From a virus (Duplodnaviria; Heunggongvirae; Uroviricota; Caudoviricetes): a DNA stretch of 64,000 nucleotides. The stretch is from IMG/VR virus record IMGVR_UViG_3300008111_001118; one strand, given 5' to 3'. The notes beneath the pieces are model-generated. The model did no database searches, was not told the DNA's origin, and worked only from the letters and a program-made list of their open reading frames with translations. Positions 19,691 to 28,798 of the stretch are shown in pieces (the first letter of the stretch is position 1; every line of letters begins with the position of its first letter). The translations under genes were made by a program, and so were the position numbers.

Positions 19691-19961
19691 AATAAGATAT
19701 TCTCTTTCCACTCGTCGGTGGAATTGTATTTGGTTTTGGATTTTTTATAAGCCAAATTAAATATTCATTTTTATTTAATATAGATTTCCAATAAAGTGTC
19801 TTGATTGGAGGTTTTCCGTTTTCGTCATAGTGAGTTTGAATCTCATAAAACTCGTCAAGCCAAACCCATTTTCCTCTGGTTGTTTTTATCGGAAGATACG
19901 CATATTTTTTAACAACTGTTTCTCTAGGACTGGGTTGATAACCCATGTTAACGCCCATCAT
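19689..19961 (-). CDS. hypothetical protein (90 aa)
   Basis: ORF. Confidence 0.4.
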   Translation of the reverse strand: MMGVNMGYQPSPRETVVKKYAYLPIKTTRGKWVWLDEFYEIQTHYDENGKPPIKTLYWKSILNKNEYLIWLIKNPKPNTIPPTSGKRISY

Positions 19962-20824
19962 ACTGCCATGGGTGCCTTGATAGTATCATGATAACGATAA
20001 TCTACAAGAACATAATCACTGGCTTTTGTTTTGACTAACTCATCAAGTGTTGTAAAGTATGGCATCTTTAGTCCTGGGCCGGAATATATTTGTCGTGACA
20101 GTTGTTCTTCTACCGCATCGACGTGATTTTGATAGATGTGACAGTCACCGCCAGTCCAAACAAAGTCACCAACCTTGAGTTCCAGCAATTGGGCAAACAT
20201 ATGTGTAAGCAAACTGTAACTAGCAATATTAAACGGCACACCTAAGAACATATCAGCACTGCGTTGATAAAGTTGACAACTTAGTTCGCCATCTTGTACA
20301 TGAAATTGAAAAAGTGCATGACAAGGAGGAAGTGCCATAACATCAATCATGTCTGCGTTCCACGCACTTACAATATGACGTCTACTATCAGGATCGTTGT
20401 GCAGGTTTTCTAAAACATTTGCAATTTGATCTACAAATCCTAGTTTAGCATCCCAACTACGCCATTGGTGGCCGTATACTGGCCCAAGTTCTTTAACAGT
20501 ATCGTTGTTTTTGTATCCAAGATTTCGACCTTGTTTGTCTGCATTGGCAGTCCAAATAGTTGTTTTATCTACTAGTTCTTCACGCGGTTTTTCATAGTGA
20601 ATTTCAGCAAGTCTACGTTCGTCGGTACTGCCTTCTAGGAACCATAGCAGTTCGCTAACTACGCTACGCCAGGCAAGTTTCTTTGTAGTTACTGCTGGAA
20701 AACTATCTCGCAAATCAAAACGCATTTGATAACCAAACACGCCTCGAGTACCTACTCCAGTGCGGTCATCACGATCCTTGCCGTGGTTCATAATATATTC
20801 TAGAGCATCATGATATTGCTTCAT
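19958..20824 (-). CDS. thyA: thymidylate synthase (ThyA type), uninterrupted (no intron)
   Basis: RTGVGT, LPPCHALFQFHV and QLYQRSADMFLGVPFNIASY signatures. Confidence 0.9.
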   Translation of the reverse strand: MKQYHDALEYIMNHGKDRDDRTGVGTRGVFGYQMRFDLRDSFPAVTTKKLAWRSVVSELLWFLEGSTDERRLAEIHYEKPREELVDKTTIWTANADKQGRNLGYKNNDTVKELGPVYGHQWRSWDAKLGFVDQIANVLENLHNDPDSRRHIVSAWNADMIDVMALPPCHALFQFHVQDGELSCQLYQRSADMFLGVPFNIASYSLLTHMFAQLLELKVGDFVWTGGDCHIYQNHVDAVEEQLSRQIYSGPGLKMPYFTTLDELVKTKASDYVLVDYRYHDTIKAPMAV

Positions 20825-21302
20825 CGTTTTTCCTTCTATACTTTTCAGTAGTTAGTTTGCCGTCAAAGTAATGCTCATAAAATTCAAATTTTGTCAAGAC
20901 TAAATCTTTGGATAAAAAGGTATCACAATTATATGTACCTTCAATTCGACTTAGCCAAATTTCGTCAATGATGTCTATGCAACTTTCAAATAGTTGAGCA
21001 CCACCGATGATCCATTTGGACTTGTCTGACATGTGAGGCAATACTTGTGTTATAGCGTTTATGTTCATAACAGCATCTGCACCTGGAAAATGAGACAAAT
21101 CATTTGTGGAACATACTATGTTATTTCTTTTTGGCAACGGCTTAACTGGTAAACTTTCCCAAGTTTTTCTACCCATTACCACAGTACTTTCACTGGTACA
21201 GTTTTTAAACCACTTTAAGTCGTCACTGTTATGCGGCCACGGAAGACTGTTGTTTTTACCAATGCCCCAGTTGTCATCACAGGCAAATATTGCGTATATC
21301 AT
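20808..21302 (-). CDS. folA: dihydrofolate reductase
   Basis: N-terminal IYAIFACDDNWGIGKNNSLPW DHFR signature; adjacent to thyA. Confidence 0.8.
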   Translation of the reverse strand: MIYAIFACDDNWGIGKNNSLPWPHNSDDLKWFKNCTSESTVVMGRKTWESLPVKPLPKRNNIVCSTNDLSHFPGADAVMNINAITQVLPHMSDKSKWIIGGAQLFESCIDIIDEIWLSRIEGTYNCDTFLSKDLVLTKFEFYEHYFDGKLTTEKYRRKNDEAIS

Positions 21303-21303
21303 G

Positions 21304-21552
21304 TTATCCTCTAATCCTACGCATCATATCTCGATTTTCTTCTTCGACTTTCTCTTTGGCATCACGCCACATATCTCTTACTAGCCAACCTACAACAGGA
21401 ATAATAAAAGTAACACCAAAAAACAAAAGTCCCGCAAAATCACTGTAATTGTGCTTCAAATACTGTGCACCTCCTGTTACAAAAAGAATATACACTACAA
21501 ACCCAACGGGCCATGCAATATTTTTTAAAAAGTGTTTCCAAACTCTATTCAT
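21304..21552 (-). CDS. small membrane protein (82 aa)
   Basis: Two hydrophobic segments. Confidence 0.4.
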   Translation of the reverse strand: MNRVWKHFLKNIAWPVGFVVYILFVTGGAQYLKHNYSDFAGLLFFGVTFIIPVVGWLVRDMWRDAKEKVEEENRDMMRRIRG

Positions 21553-21553
21553 T

Positions 21554-22468
21554 TCAAAGTCTTCCTAGCCTAATAAGTGTTGCTGCCAAGTTAATTTCTG
21601 GATCCACAACCAGCGTATGATCCACAAGCCCTTGTTTGATAATAAGGATTGCTGACTCTTGCTTTTCGTTGTCTCCAAACAACGAAATATTGTCATACAA
21701 CCACCGATAAACATCTTCCATTTCTTCAGCACGAATTGTTCCGCAAAGTAGTTTACGTGCTTCAAAGATCTTACCTTCTTTGAACAAGTCAACCATTTGT
21801 ATTTTCCAATCGGCTTGTCCGGAATCGCCCTGACTTGCAGAGATTAACGATCCTGCTGTGCTGTTTTGTTGTACCATATTGATACATTTACGCAAGTCAG
21901 GATAAGTTGCTTTTACATAAGTATCAAGTACATCTAAATCAAATGTAATGTCTTCGCTAAGAAGAATTTCTGCAACTCTAGCAGTAAACTCAACTTGATC
22001 GGTTTTTGCAATATGGAAACTCTGACAACGACTGTGGATCGCTGGAATTACTTTGTTAGGATAGTTACAGGTTAGAATAAATCTTACTGTATTATGGTAT
22101 TCTTCCATAATACCACGCAATGCAGCCTGTGCGTTGATTGACAAATAGTCTGCTTCGTCTAGTAGAATTACTTTAAAATCACCAAATGGAATCATCTGTG
22201 AAAAGCCAGTAATTCTATTACGCATTTCGTCTACGCCAGTTTGACGACTGCCGTTTACTTCTAGAATGTCCAGTGGATTAACTTTTAATTCGTTAAGTAA
22301 TAGTTTTGCGAGTGTAGTTTTACCAATGCCTGCATTACCACTAAACAGCAAATGAGGAATACTTCTTTCATTGATCCACTGCAATACTTGCGATCGTTGT
22401 GTTTCATCTCGAAACACATAACCATCAACTGTGTTTGGCCTGTATTTTTCTACCCAAAGTTCTTTCAT
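21554..22468 (-). CDS. clamp-loader ATPase subunit (RFC small subunit / T4 gp44-like)
   Basis: WVEKYRP N-terminal RFC box, Walker A GNAGIGKT, DEAD-like LLDEAD, SRC motif (SRCQSF). Confidence 0.85.
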   Translation of the reverse strand: MKELWVEKYRPNTVDGYVFRDETQRSQVLQWINERSIPHLLFSGNAGIGKTTLAKLLLNELKVNPLDILEVNGSRQTGVDEMRNRITGFSQMIPFGDFKVILLDEADYLSINAQAALRGIMEEYHNTVRFILTCNYPNKVIPAIHSRCQSFHIAKTDQVEFTARVAEILLSEDITFDLDVLDTYVKATYPDLRKCINMVQQNSTAGSLISASQGDSGQADWKIQMVDLFKEGKIFEARKLLCGTIRAEEMEDVYRWLYDNISLFGDNEKQESAILIIKQGLVDHTLVVDPEINLAATLIRLGRL

Positions 22469-22710
22469 TGTTCTAGCCTTTTTAATTTATTTTCAAGTTC
22501 TTCAATATAGTCTGCAATCTTCCAATCAATCGAGTCCATACATTTAAATTTATATTCTTCGCCCGCACGATTACGCAGAAAACGAACCATCGGACTTGGA
22601 TCGATCATAGGAGTAAGTTCGGCATACACTTTGTCTACAACATCGTGTTCGTTTTCTTCTTCAAACCCATGTGTATTATGCGGTGAACTCATTTTATTAA
22701 ATTGCTCCAT
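22465..22710 (-). CDS. hypothetical protein (81 aa)
   Basis: ORF directly downstream of the clamp-loader gene. Confidence 0.4.
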   Translation of the reverse strand: MEQFNKMSSPHNTHGFEEENEHDVVDKVYAELTPMIDPSPMVRFLRNRAGEEYKFKCMDSIDWKIADYIEELENKLKRLEQ

Positions 22711-23039
22711 ATAGATAGTTTTTTACGCTTAACAATTACTCTAGCATCCAATTCTTCGTTTGTCAAGAGTCCGTGTTCTACCATCAGTTCTAACATGCAT
22801 AGAACATCACCTGCTTCTTCAATCAGTGAGTCTCTATACTTGTCTCCGTATATTTCTTCAATTGTAGTATACTTTCGCATGATTTTCATGCATACTTGCG
22901 TAAGTTCGCTAGATTCCTCTGCGGTGATTGCCATAAGTTGCTGTACAGCATTAAGTGGTGACTCTAGTTCTTCGTTACTTACCATGTTTTTGTCTTTTTC
23001 TAAAATCGCAATAATCCACAGTCCAGAGAGAGTACACAA
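22689..23039 (-). CDS. small MazG-like NTP pyrophosphohydrolase domain protein (start probably internal Met MVSNEE)
   Basis: EESSEL ... EEAGDVLCML resembles the MazG EExxE / E-x-GD-x-L motifs. Confidence 0.4.
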   Translation of the reverse strand: MCTLSGLWIIAILEKDKNMVSNEELESPLNAVQQLMAITAEESSELTQVCMKIMRKYTTIEEIYGDKYRDSLIEEAGDVLCMLELMVEHGLLTNEELDARVIVKRKKLSIWSNLIK

Positions 23040-23483
23040 ATCCTGCTAGTAGACCGTTTAAAATGTTTATCCAAACGTTATCACCAGTTATGCTGGCTAT
23101 ACTAAAAGCAAGCATCAAATCTGCTGCAAGAATAGCAACTGCCCAATCATACCAACGTATTATTCTTAACTCCTGTGGTCATTTAATCTTCTACTGCTTT
23201 GTATATGTGTTTTGATGAATACAAACGTGCAGGACCAAACATAAGTTCTACCTTTTTAATAGCATCTTCTGGAGAATTTGCCCTTACTAAATCTATATGT
23301 TTTTGTCCTAAAATCACGTGAAAGTATATCATTTCGACAGTGCTTTACGCAGTTCTGATCCTTCGAAGTTTTTCATATCTGTATAGTGTTTAAGAACAGT
23401 ATTGTCAGGATCAAGGCGTTTGATTTCACGAGCAAAACGTTCAATCATATCATAGTCCAATTGAGTTTTAATGTGTTTACCCA

Positions 23484-24020
23484 TTATTTTGTCCATCCGT
23501 GATGTTTGAAGATAATTTGTACACTCTTGGCTTGGAAGTAAGCGTCAGCAAGAGCGTTGTGTAGATTGGTTTGCATGTCTTTGCGAGGATCCTTGGGCAT
23601 ACGTTTGGTAATTGTACGAGCGTCTGAAATTTGCCAAAACTGCCACGGAATAGGTTTACCTATGCTGCGATACATGTCTTCTAGCATTGTAATATCGAAG
23701 CCATATCCTTGACCCCAAATTTCGTCAACACCGACTGCCCACTTGTTAAGTTGACGCAGTGCTTCTTCTACTGTAACTGCACCAGTCTGATCAAATGCTT
23801 CTTCCATAACGGCAGGATCTTGTTGACTCCACCATTCAATGGTTTTATCACTGCTGGTACGACCAAGACGGTCTTGATCGTCTACTAGAATCTTAAAGTA
23901 AAGTTCGTCGTAGGGTTCGTCGTTGGTAAGTGGATTAAATTTAACTGCACCAAATGAAAGCACTGTTGCAGTTGGAATGACATCTAATGTCTCTAGGTCG
24001 ATCATGCCATGTACGGCCAT
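23484..24020 (-). CDS. 3'-5' exonuclease, DEDDh family (T4 DexA-like)
   Basis: IDLETLD (exo I) ... HNALADA (exo III with His) motifs. Confidence 0.6.
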   Translation of the reverse strand: MAVHGMIDLETLDVIPTATVLSFGAVKFNPLTNDEPYDELYFKILVDDQDRLGRTSSDKTIEWWSQQDPAVMEEAFDQTGAVTVEEALRQLNKWAVGVDEIWGQGYGFDITMLEDMYRSIGKPIPWQFWQISDARTITKRMPKDPRKDMQTNLHNALADAYFQAKSVQIIFKHHGWTK

Positions 24021-24082
24021 AAAAAAAACTCCTTGTTACTCTTATGCATACTAGCACAAAAATAACAAGGAGTCAATGTTTT
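24021..24082. terminator. long inverted repeat (possible bidirectional terminator or processing hairpin)
   Basis: AACTCCTTGTTA ... TAACAAGGAGT 11-bp IR flanked by an A-run and a T-run. Confidence 0.3.
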
Positions 24083-24382
24083 TTATGGGCGTGATGGCCA
24101 AAGACCATTTACACAAATAATGTAGTGTAGTCCTTTAGAAGGACTTTCTAGTTTTGGCAATGCAAAAGTAGTTATTCCATCGCCGCCAAAAGTACATCCT
24201 AGCAATGCAAAGAGGGCTTGATACTGAGAAATATTTAGTATTCTACCGTCACAGGCCATGAAGCCTTCTGGGTCATAGTTAAATGCAACAAGTTTAATTG
24301 CTCCAATAAATTCTTCCATGTTTTTTCCTTTATAAAATTTACAAATCGCCGACTTTGCGATTCTCACTATATTGTACATCAA
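24083..24382 (-). CDS. stand-alone phage tail-collar domain protein (99 aa)
   Basis: FNYDPEGFMACDGRILNISQYQALFALLGCTFGGDGITTFALPKL matches the tail-collar fibre domain consensus. Confidence 0.5.
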   Translation of the reverse strand: MMYNIVRIAKSAICKFYKGKNMEEFIGAIKLVAFNYDPEGFMACDGRILNISQYQALFALLGCTFGGDGITTFALPKLESPSKGLHYIICVNGLWPSRP

Positions 24383-24743
24383 ATTGTCCGCCTGGGTAAC
24401 GTGCTTCTAGTTTGCGAACGTTTTCAGCAATCACTTCATTTGGATCAATACCAATTGCTCTACAAGCATTAACCCAATACCAAGCAATGTCTCCGAGTTC
24501 GCGTTTCATATGAAAAACTGTTTCGTCGTTCATTGGCTTGCCTTGAAACACACATTTCTTAACAATTTCGGCAAATTCGCCACCTTCTGCTGCTATACCA
24601 GTACTACCAGTCATTAGCAATGCAATATTAACTACTTCGTTTAGTTCGCGAAGCCTAACAATCATGGCTTCGAGATCATTTGAAGGACCGCTTGTGACTT
24701 CTGCAACAAAATCACGATATTTATTTAGGTCGACTTGTGTCAA
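24339..24743 (-). CDS. mazG: MazG-type nucleoside triphosphate pyrophosphohydrolase
   Basis: AEGGEFAE and ELGDIAWYWV motifs; size typical of phage MazG. Confidence 0.6.
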   Translation of the reverse strand: MTQVDLNKYRDFVAEVTSGPSNDLEAMIVRLRELNEVVNIALLMTGSTGIAAEGGEFAEIVKKCVFQGKPMNDETVFHMKRELGDIAWYWVNACRAIGIDPNEVIAENVRKLEARYPGGQFDVQYSENRKVGDL

Positions 24744-24752
24744 ATTTTCCTC

Positions 24753-25157
24753 TTATCTGTTAATAAAATTTTCTGGGCGTATATCCACGCCTGCACCGTT
24801 TTCGTACTCTTTACCAAATATTACATCGTTGGGCTTTTCTTTGCTCCAACCAACAATACTAGTAGTTTCGATCATTCTTAGTTCTTTGCTACCAGTGCCG
24901 TCATCTACGTCAAACGCTCTAGTCCAACGTCCGTGTTCAACTAGAACCCAATCTCCAACTTGATAATCTTCGTTGTTTTCAGGCCCTTTAGCATGAACTC
25001 GACCCCAGCGTGGGTAAATTCCACGTGTAGTGCCGTCATCATCTTTGATAATCAATCCGCTCTTGGTTTTTTGTTCTCCAAAAAACATATCAGTTACAAT
25101 AACATGATCCTTAATAGGAGTCAATTTACCTTTAATTGTATTGATATTTAAAACCAT
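24753..25157 (-). CDS. GroES / T4 gp31-like co-chaperonin
   Basis: N-terminal LTPIKDHVIV...KSGLII mobile-loop/beta-barrel signature of the Cpn10 family. Confidence 0.55.
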   Translation of the reverse strand: MVLNINTIKGKLTPIKDHVIVTDMFFGEQKTKSGLIIKDDDGTTRGIYPRWGRVHAKGPENNEDYQVGDWVLVEHGRWTRAFDVDDGTGSKELRMIETTSIVGWSKEKPNDVIFGKEYENGAGVDIRPENFINR

Positions 25158-25160
25158 AAG

Positions 25161-25526
25161 TTATCCTTTTCGTGTTGTGGTTTTATTAGCAGTAGGAAGT
25201 TCTTTTTTAACAAAATTGCCATCAGTGTCTTCCTCCCAATCGGCTACTTCCGCCGCAGTTGTACCGGTAATATCTTCGTTTACTTTTTCATCTTGTCTCT
25301 TGACATTTTCTTCTTTGACGCCAGTAGACTTAGCATAATAATCTCGAAGAATATCTTCTTTTTTTCTAATTATTTTACCGCCAGGTCCTAACTCGTCTCC
25401 GCGAGCATTAACTCTAGCATTTCCTACTGCTGGAGTTAGTTCGTTTCTACTAATCAAGAGATCAAGATCAACGTTTTTACCGTTGGCCGTTCTATAAATT
25501 TTACGACCTTGTTGTTTCATTGTCAT
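25161..25526 (-). CDS. hypothetical protein (121 aa)
   Basis: ORF. Confidence 0.4.
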   Translation of the reverse strand: MTMKQQGRKIYRTANGKNVDLDLLISRNELTPAVGNARVNARGDELGPGGKIIRKKEDILRDYYAKSTGVKEENVKRQDEKVNEDITGTTAAEVADWEEDTDGNFVKKELPTANKTTTRKG

Positions 25527-25549
25527 GATAATCTCCTTACTTTATAACA

Positions 25550-27445
25550 TTACTTATGATCATTGTCAACCGATAGATTTCCATCTGATACAGTGCAACG
25601 CCAATAACTTGCTTTACGGTTCCAATGATATGCCTTATGATAAAAGGTTCTGTTATCAACAGGTTCTTTGTCCGCATGATCAATAACTAAATCATTGGAA
25701 CGTATTCCTAGCATACTTTCTGTTAAGTCTGCGTCTATATCATTGAGAATTATTGGATACTGCGCTGTATTGTTTTTGCACATTAGTATGTTTAAGAATA
25801 CAGATGGAAGTGCTGGTAACGATGGGTAATACTGCCGCATAAAAGCAACAAGATCATCAACTAACTTACGTGTGTTCTTGTGTAACACAACACTGGAAGC
25901 ACCTTTGTATTCCCAATAGATATCGTCTTCACCTAAAACCTTGCGACCCCAAAAACCTTGACTTTCGAATGTGTTTTTTAAATGAGAAAGTGTTTCTTGA
26001 TATTCACTATGTAAAATAGTATCGGGATTCTGCTTAATAAACTCCAATATATTTTCAAATACATCAGTTTCTTTGCAGCCAGTTTCTTTACAGATGTATT
26101 TTGTTAGATAATGTCCCCAACCATAATAATACATTAGGATAGAGATCCAACTAAACATATGCCCAGCAAGCATGGTTTCATAATCTACAGTTCTTGTGCT
26201 GCAAACAGCGTCAGTGTATTCAACAATATAGTCTTTTAAGTCCTTGGTACTTAGATAATATGTATCAAGAGGAACAGTTTTAGTTTTTATGCCCCAGCGT
26301 TGTTGATATTTAGGATCTCCCATTGTGGCATTATTGGTAATAACCAGTGGATGTATCATTAAGAAACTATCCTGCCCTAGGTCGATTAACTTTTGTATGC
26401 CTGTTTTAAGAGATTCGTAAGTTTCTTCAGGCATTGGCCATATAAGTTCGCTGTACGTTGGAATGTTTTCTTCTTTATAACGTTCTAAGTAATGCTTTAC
26501 TTCGTTTTCTTTTATATTAAAACGTTCACTGGCTTCAAGAGTAGGGTCGTTAAAACTTTGCATAGCAAACGTAACACCTTTGAATATGTCAACGCCGTTT
26601 GCTTTATTCATCATTGCTATTTCAAAGTTGCGATCGACATTGTTTTTAGCCCAAGTAGCATCCCACCAACGTGGATAACCGTACTTCTTTTTAGTGTCAA
26701 TAACATATTGTGTTATTTCAACGTCTCTTTCTAGTAATCCCCAATTGCTATCGCATACACTGACATATTCTATTCTATTGCGACCCATCCAGTCAATTTC
26801 TGCTTTGACACGATTTATATCAAACAGTGTTAGTTTATTCCAGTAACCGTCGCCGATATCACAGAACGCACAATGATAAGGACAGCCTCTTAGTGTTTCA
26901 AATGTGACTTGCCACATAGTATCTTCAGGATAATTGGCCATAATAGGTTCATAAAACCCTTCTAGTATAGGACTTGGTATGTCTGATATATCTAGAACTC
27001 TAGCAGCCATTTTTGGCATGTGAGTGCGAGTTTGCACATGAGGAATGTCGTTGTAGTTGTCCTCTCTTGCTAATATTTCTTTAAAGGCACGTTCTCCTTC
27101 TCCGTGAACTGCTAGATCAAACATAGGATATCGGTCAAAAAACTCAGGATCACGTTTGTGAATTTGTGGTCCGCCTACAACAATCTTACAATTGGGCCAT
27201 AATTTTTTAATTTCACGTGCCAGTGTTTGATTATATTCCCAATTCCATACGTAACTACTCATAGCAACCATCGAAGGATTGTCCATAGTTTTTACATAAT
27301 CAGTAGGAGGTATTTTTTCAATAAGTGTGTCTTTGAGATTCCAGTTTTCATTGCGAGCGTATAGCCATTGATAAGCAATTGCCAATGGTAAAAACTTATT
27401 AGGTCCGTAAGCATCAACAACTTGTACTAGATAAATGTTTTTCAT
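25550..27445 (-). CDS. radical SAM enzyme with N-terminal B12-binding-like domain (631 aa)
   Basis: CPYHCAFCD (CxxxCxxC) radical SAM cluster motif preceded by a KIVVGGPQ-type B12-binding-like domain. Confidence 0.7.
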   Translation of the reverse strand: MKNIYLVQVVDAYGPNKFLPLAIAYQWLYARNENWNLKDTLIEKIPPTDYVKTMDNPSMVAMSSYVWNWEYNQTLAREIKKLWPNCKIVVGGPQIHKRDPEFFDRYPMFDLAVHGEGERAFKEILAREDNYNDIPHVQTRTHMPKMAARVLDISDIPSPILEGFYEPIMANYPEDTMWQVTFETLRGCPYHCAFCDIGDGYWNKLTLFDINRVKAEIDWMGRNRIEYVSVCDSNWGLLERDVEITQYVIDTKKKYGYPRWWDATWAKNNVDRNFEIAMMNKANGVDIFKGVTFAMQSFNDPTLEASERFNIKENEVKHYLERYKEENIPTYSELIWPMPEETYESLKTGIQKLIDLGQDSFLMIHPLVITNNATMGDPKYQQRWGIKTKTVPLDTYYLSTKDLKDYIVEYTDAVCSTRTVDYETMLAGHMFSWISILMYYYGWGHYLTKYICKETGCKETDVFENILEFIKQNPDTILHSEYQETLSHLKNTFESQGFWGRKVLGEDDIYWEYKGASSVVLHKNTRKLVDDLVAFMRQYYPSLPALPSVFLNILMCKNNTAQYPIILNDIDADLTESMLGIRSNDLVIDHADKEPVDNRTFYHKAYHWNRKASYWRCTVSDGNLSVDNDHK

Positions 27446-27963
27446 CTTAAGAATTCACGCCAATCTAACTCGTACTTTATCGAATCAATCTTATGTATAC
27501 CAATAAGATAAAGAACGTAAGAAGCAACACTACTACCACGACCGACTCCCCAAACAATATTGTTTTCTCGCATAAAATCCACAAGATAGATCATGTACCT
27601 AAGTAGATTTTCTAAATCACGATCTAAGTAGGCAGATAATTCTTCTGCCATACGCTGAACTTGTACGTGATTGTCGCAGCGTTTATAAAGATATTCTAGT
27701 ACGTCTATATCTTTATAGTTATCTGGCATATACCAGTCTTTTTGACAAAGATTGTCAAATTCAGATTTATTCACGTCTAACGGTACATAGGCAGTTAACG
27801 TTGGCAACCCTAGTTCTTCCGATGCTTGATTAAATTTTTCTACATCGTCACTGGGATCGCAAAGTACAACATGACACATGTCCTGTCGACCCGAATATAT
27901 CATATCAATTAAGTCGCGATTACTGAATCGCGGAATACCGAGATTGTCTGTTTTCAAAAGCAT
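27442..27963 (-). CDS. hypothetical protein (173 aa), translationally coupled to the radical SAM gene
   Basis: ORF with 4-nt overlap. Confidence 0.45.
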   Translation of the reverse strand: MLLKTDNLGIPRFSNRDLIDMIYSGRQDMCHVVLCDPSDDVEKFNQASEELGLPTLTAYVPLDVNKSEFDNLCQKDWYMPDNYKDIDVLEYLYKRCDNHVQVQRMAEELSAYLDRDLENLLRYMIYLVDFMRENNIVWGVGRGSSVASYVLYLIGIHKIDSIKYELDWREFLR

Positions 27964-27971
27964 ACCTTATT

Positions 27972-28202
27972 TTAGTTGATTTTGATTAAATCGTCAAGAT
28001 CATCTTTGCCTTGTTCTTGCTGTTTACGTTTTGCAGCAACACGGCGTTCTTCTAAATCTAATTTATATGTATCCATCAACAAAATCATTTGTTGTCTCAC
28101 GGCGTCATTGTCAGTCATAAAGTATATAGAATTCAATCTCAACAACTTTTGCTCAATCTGAGACTCAGTTAGTTTCGATAAGTCTTCTGACATAGGGTGC
28201 AT
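27972..28202 (-). CDS. hypothetical coiled-coil protein (76 aa)
   Basis: ORF. Confidence 0.4.
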   Translation of the reverse strand: MHPMSEDLSKLTESQIEQKLLRLNSIYFMTDNDAVRQQMILLMDTYKLDLEERRVAAKRKQQEQGKDDLDDLIKIN

Positions 28203-28765
28203 TATGCAAACATTCCAAGATATCTTACAAATGCAGTTACGCCGCCGTCAAATGTACTAACTTCAATTAATTTTGGTTCAGTTGACGATGTTGCAGTAAG
28301 AGGGGATGGATAGCCAGTAGCATACTTAACAGTTCCGCCTTCTGATGTTAGTGTAACATTCCATACATTGTCGTCACTGTATAAGAACAGTCTCATAACC
28401 GAATAGTTTTCTGCGGCAAAGTCAGTGAATCTTAGTGTAACATCCGATTCTACTTTTATAACATGAACGTGTCCAGTTCCCCAAGAAATATCTACGTTTG
28501 TAGTACTGCTCAATCCAGTAGCATAAGTTTCATTGGTAAGTTGTGTGGTTGCTAATAATGCTGCTTCGATGATTTGATTTCCACCAAAGTTATTGTTTTG
28601 ATCTACTCTTGCAACACCGTCCTGCAGATCACCTATTTCATTTCTTGCTGTATTTAACGCAGTCTTGATAATATTAAAATTATCACGGAACCCCTGACTA
28701 TCGTTGTCAACCCCGGCTACTGGGAAGTTTTCATCTATTGTACTTGCTATAATTGTACTTGCCAT
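28202..28765 (-). CDS. fibre/baseplate-associated protein (187 aa) with weak similarity to the shared fibre N-domain
   Basis: AGVDNDSQGFRDNFNIIKTAL resembles the NDGTGDxLRxAFxKINxNF block of downstream fibre genes; preceded by a CGATAAATA late-promoter-like motif. Confidence 0.45.
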   Translation of the reverse strand: MASTIIASTIDENFPVAGVDNDSQGFRDNFNIIKTALNTARNEIGDLQDGVARVDQNNNFGGNQIIEAALLATTQLTNETYATGLSSTTNVDISWGTGHVHVIKVESDVTLRFTDFAAENYSVMRLFLYSDDNVWNVTLTSEGGTVKYATGYPSPLTATSSTEPKLIEVSTFDGGVTAFVRYLGMFA

Positions 28766-28798
28766 TTTAAATTCCTTAATTTGTAATATTTATCGTTG

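Noticed and set aside
19958-20824. Possible group I intron in thymidylate synthase, as in T4 td
   Set aside because: The ThyA reading frame is continuous (288 aa) with all catalytic motifs in order, so there is no intron.
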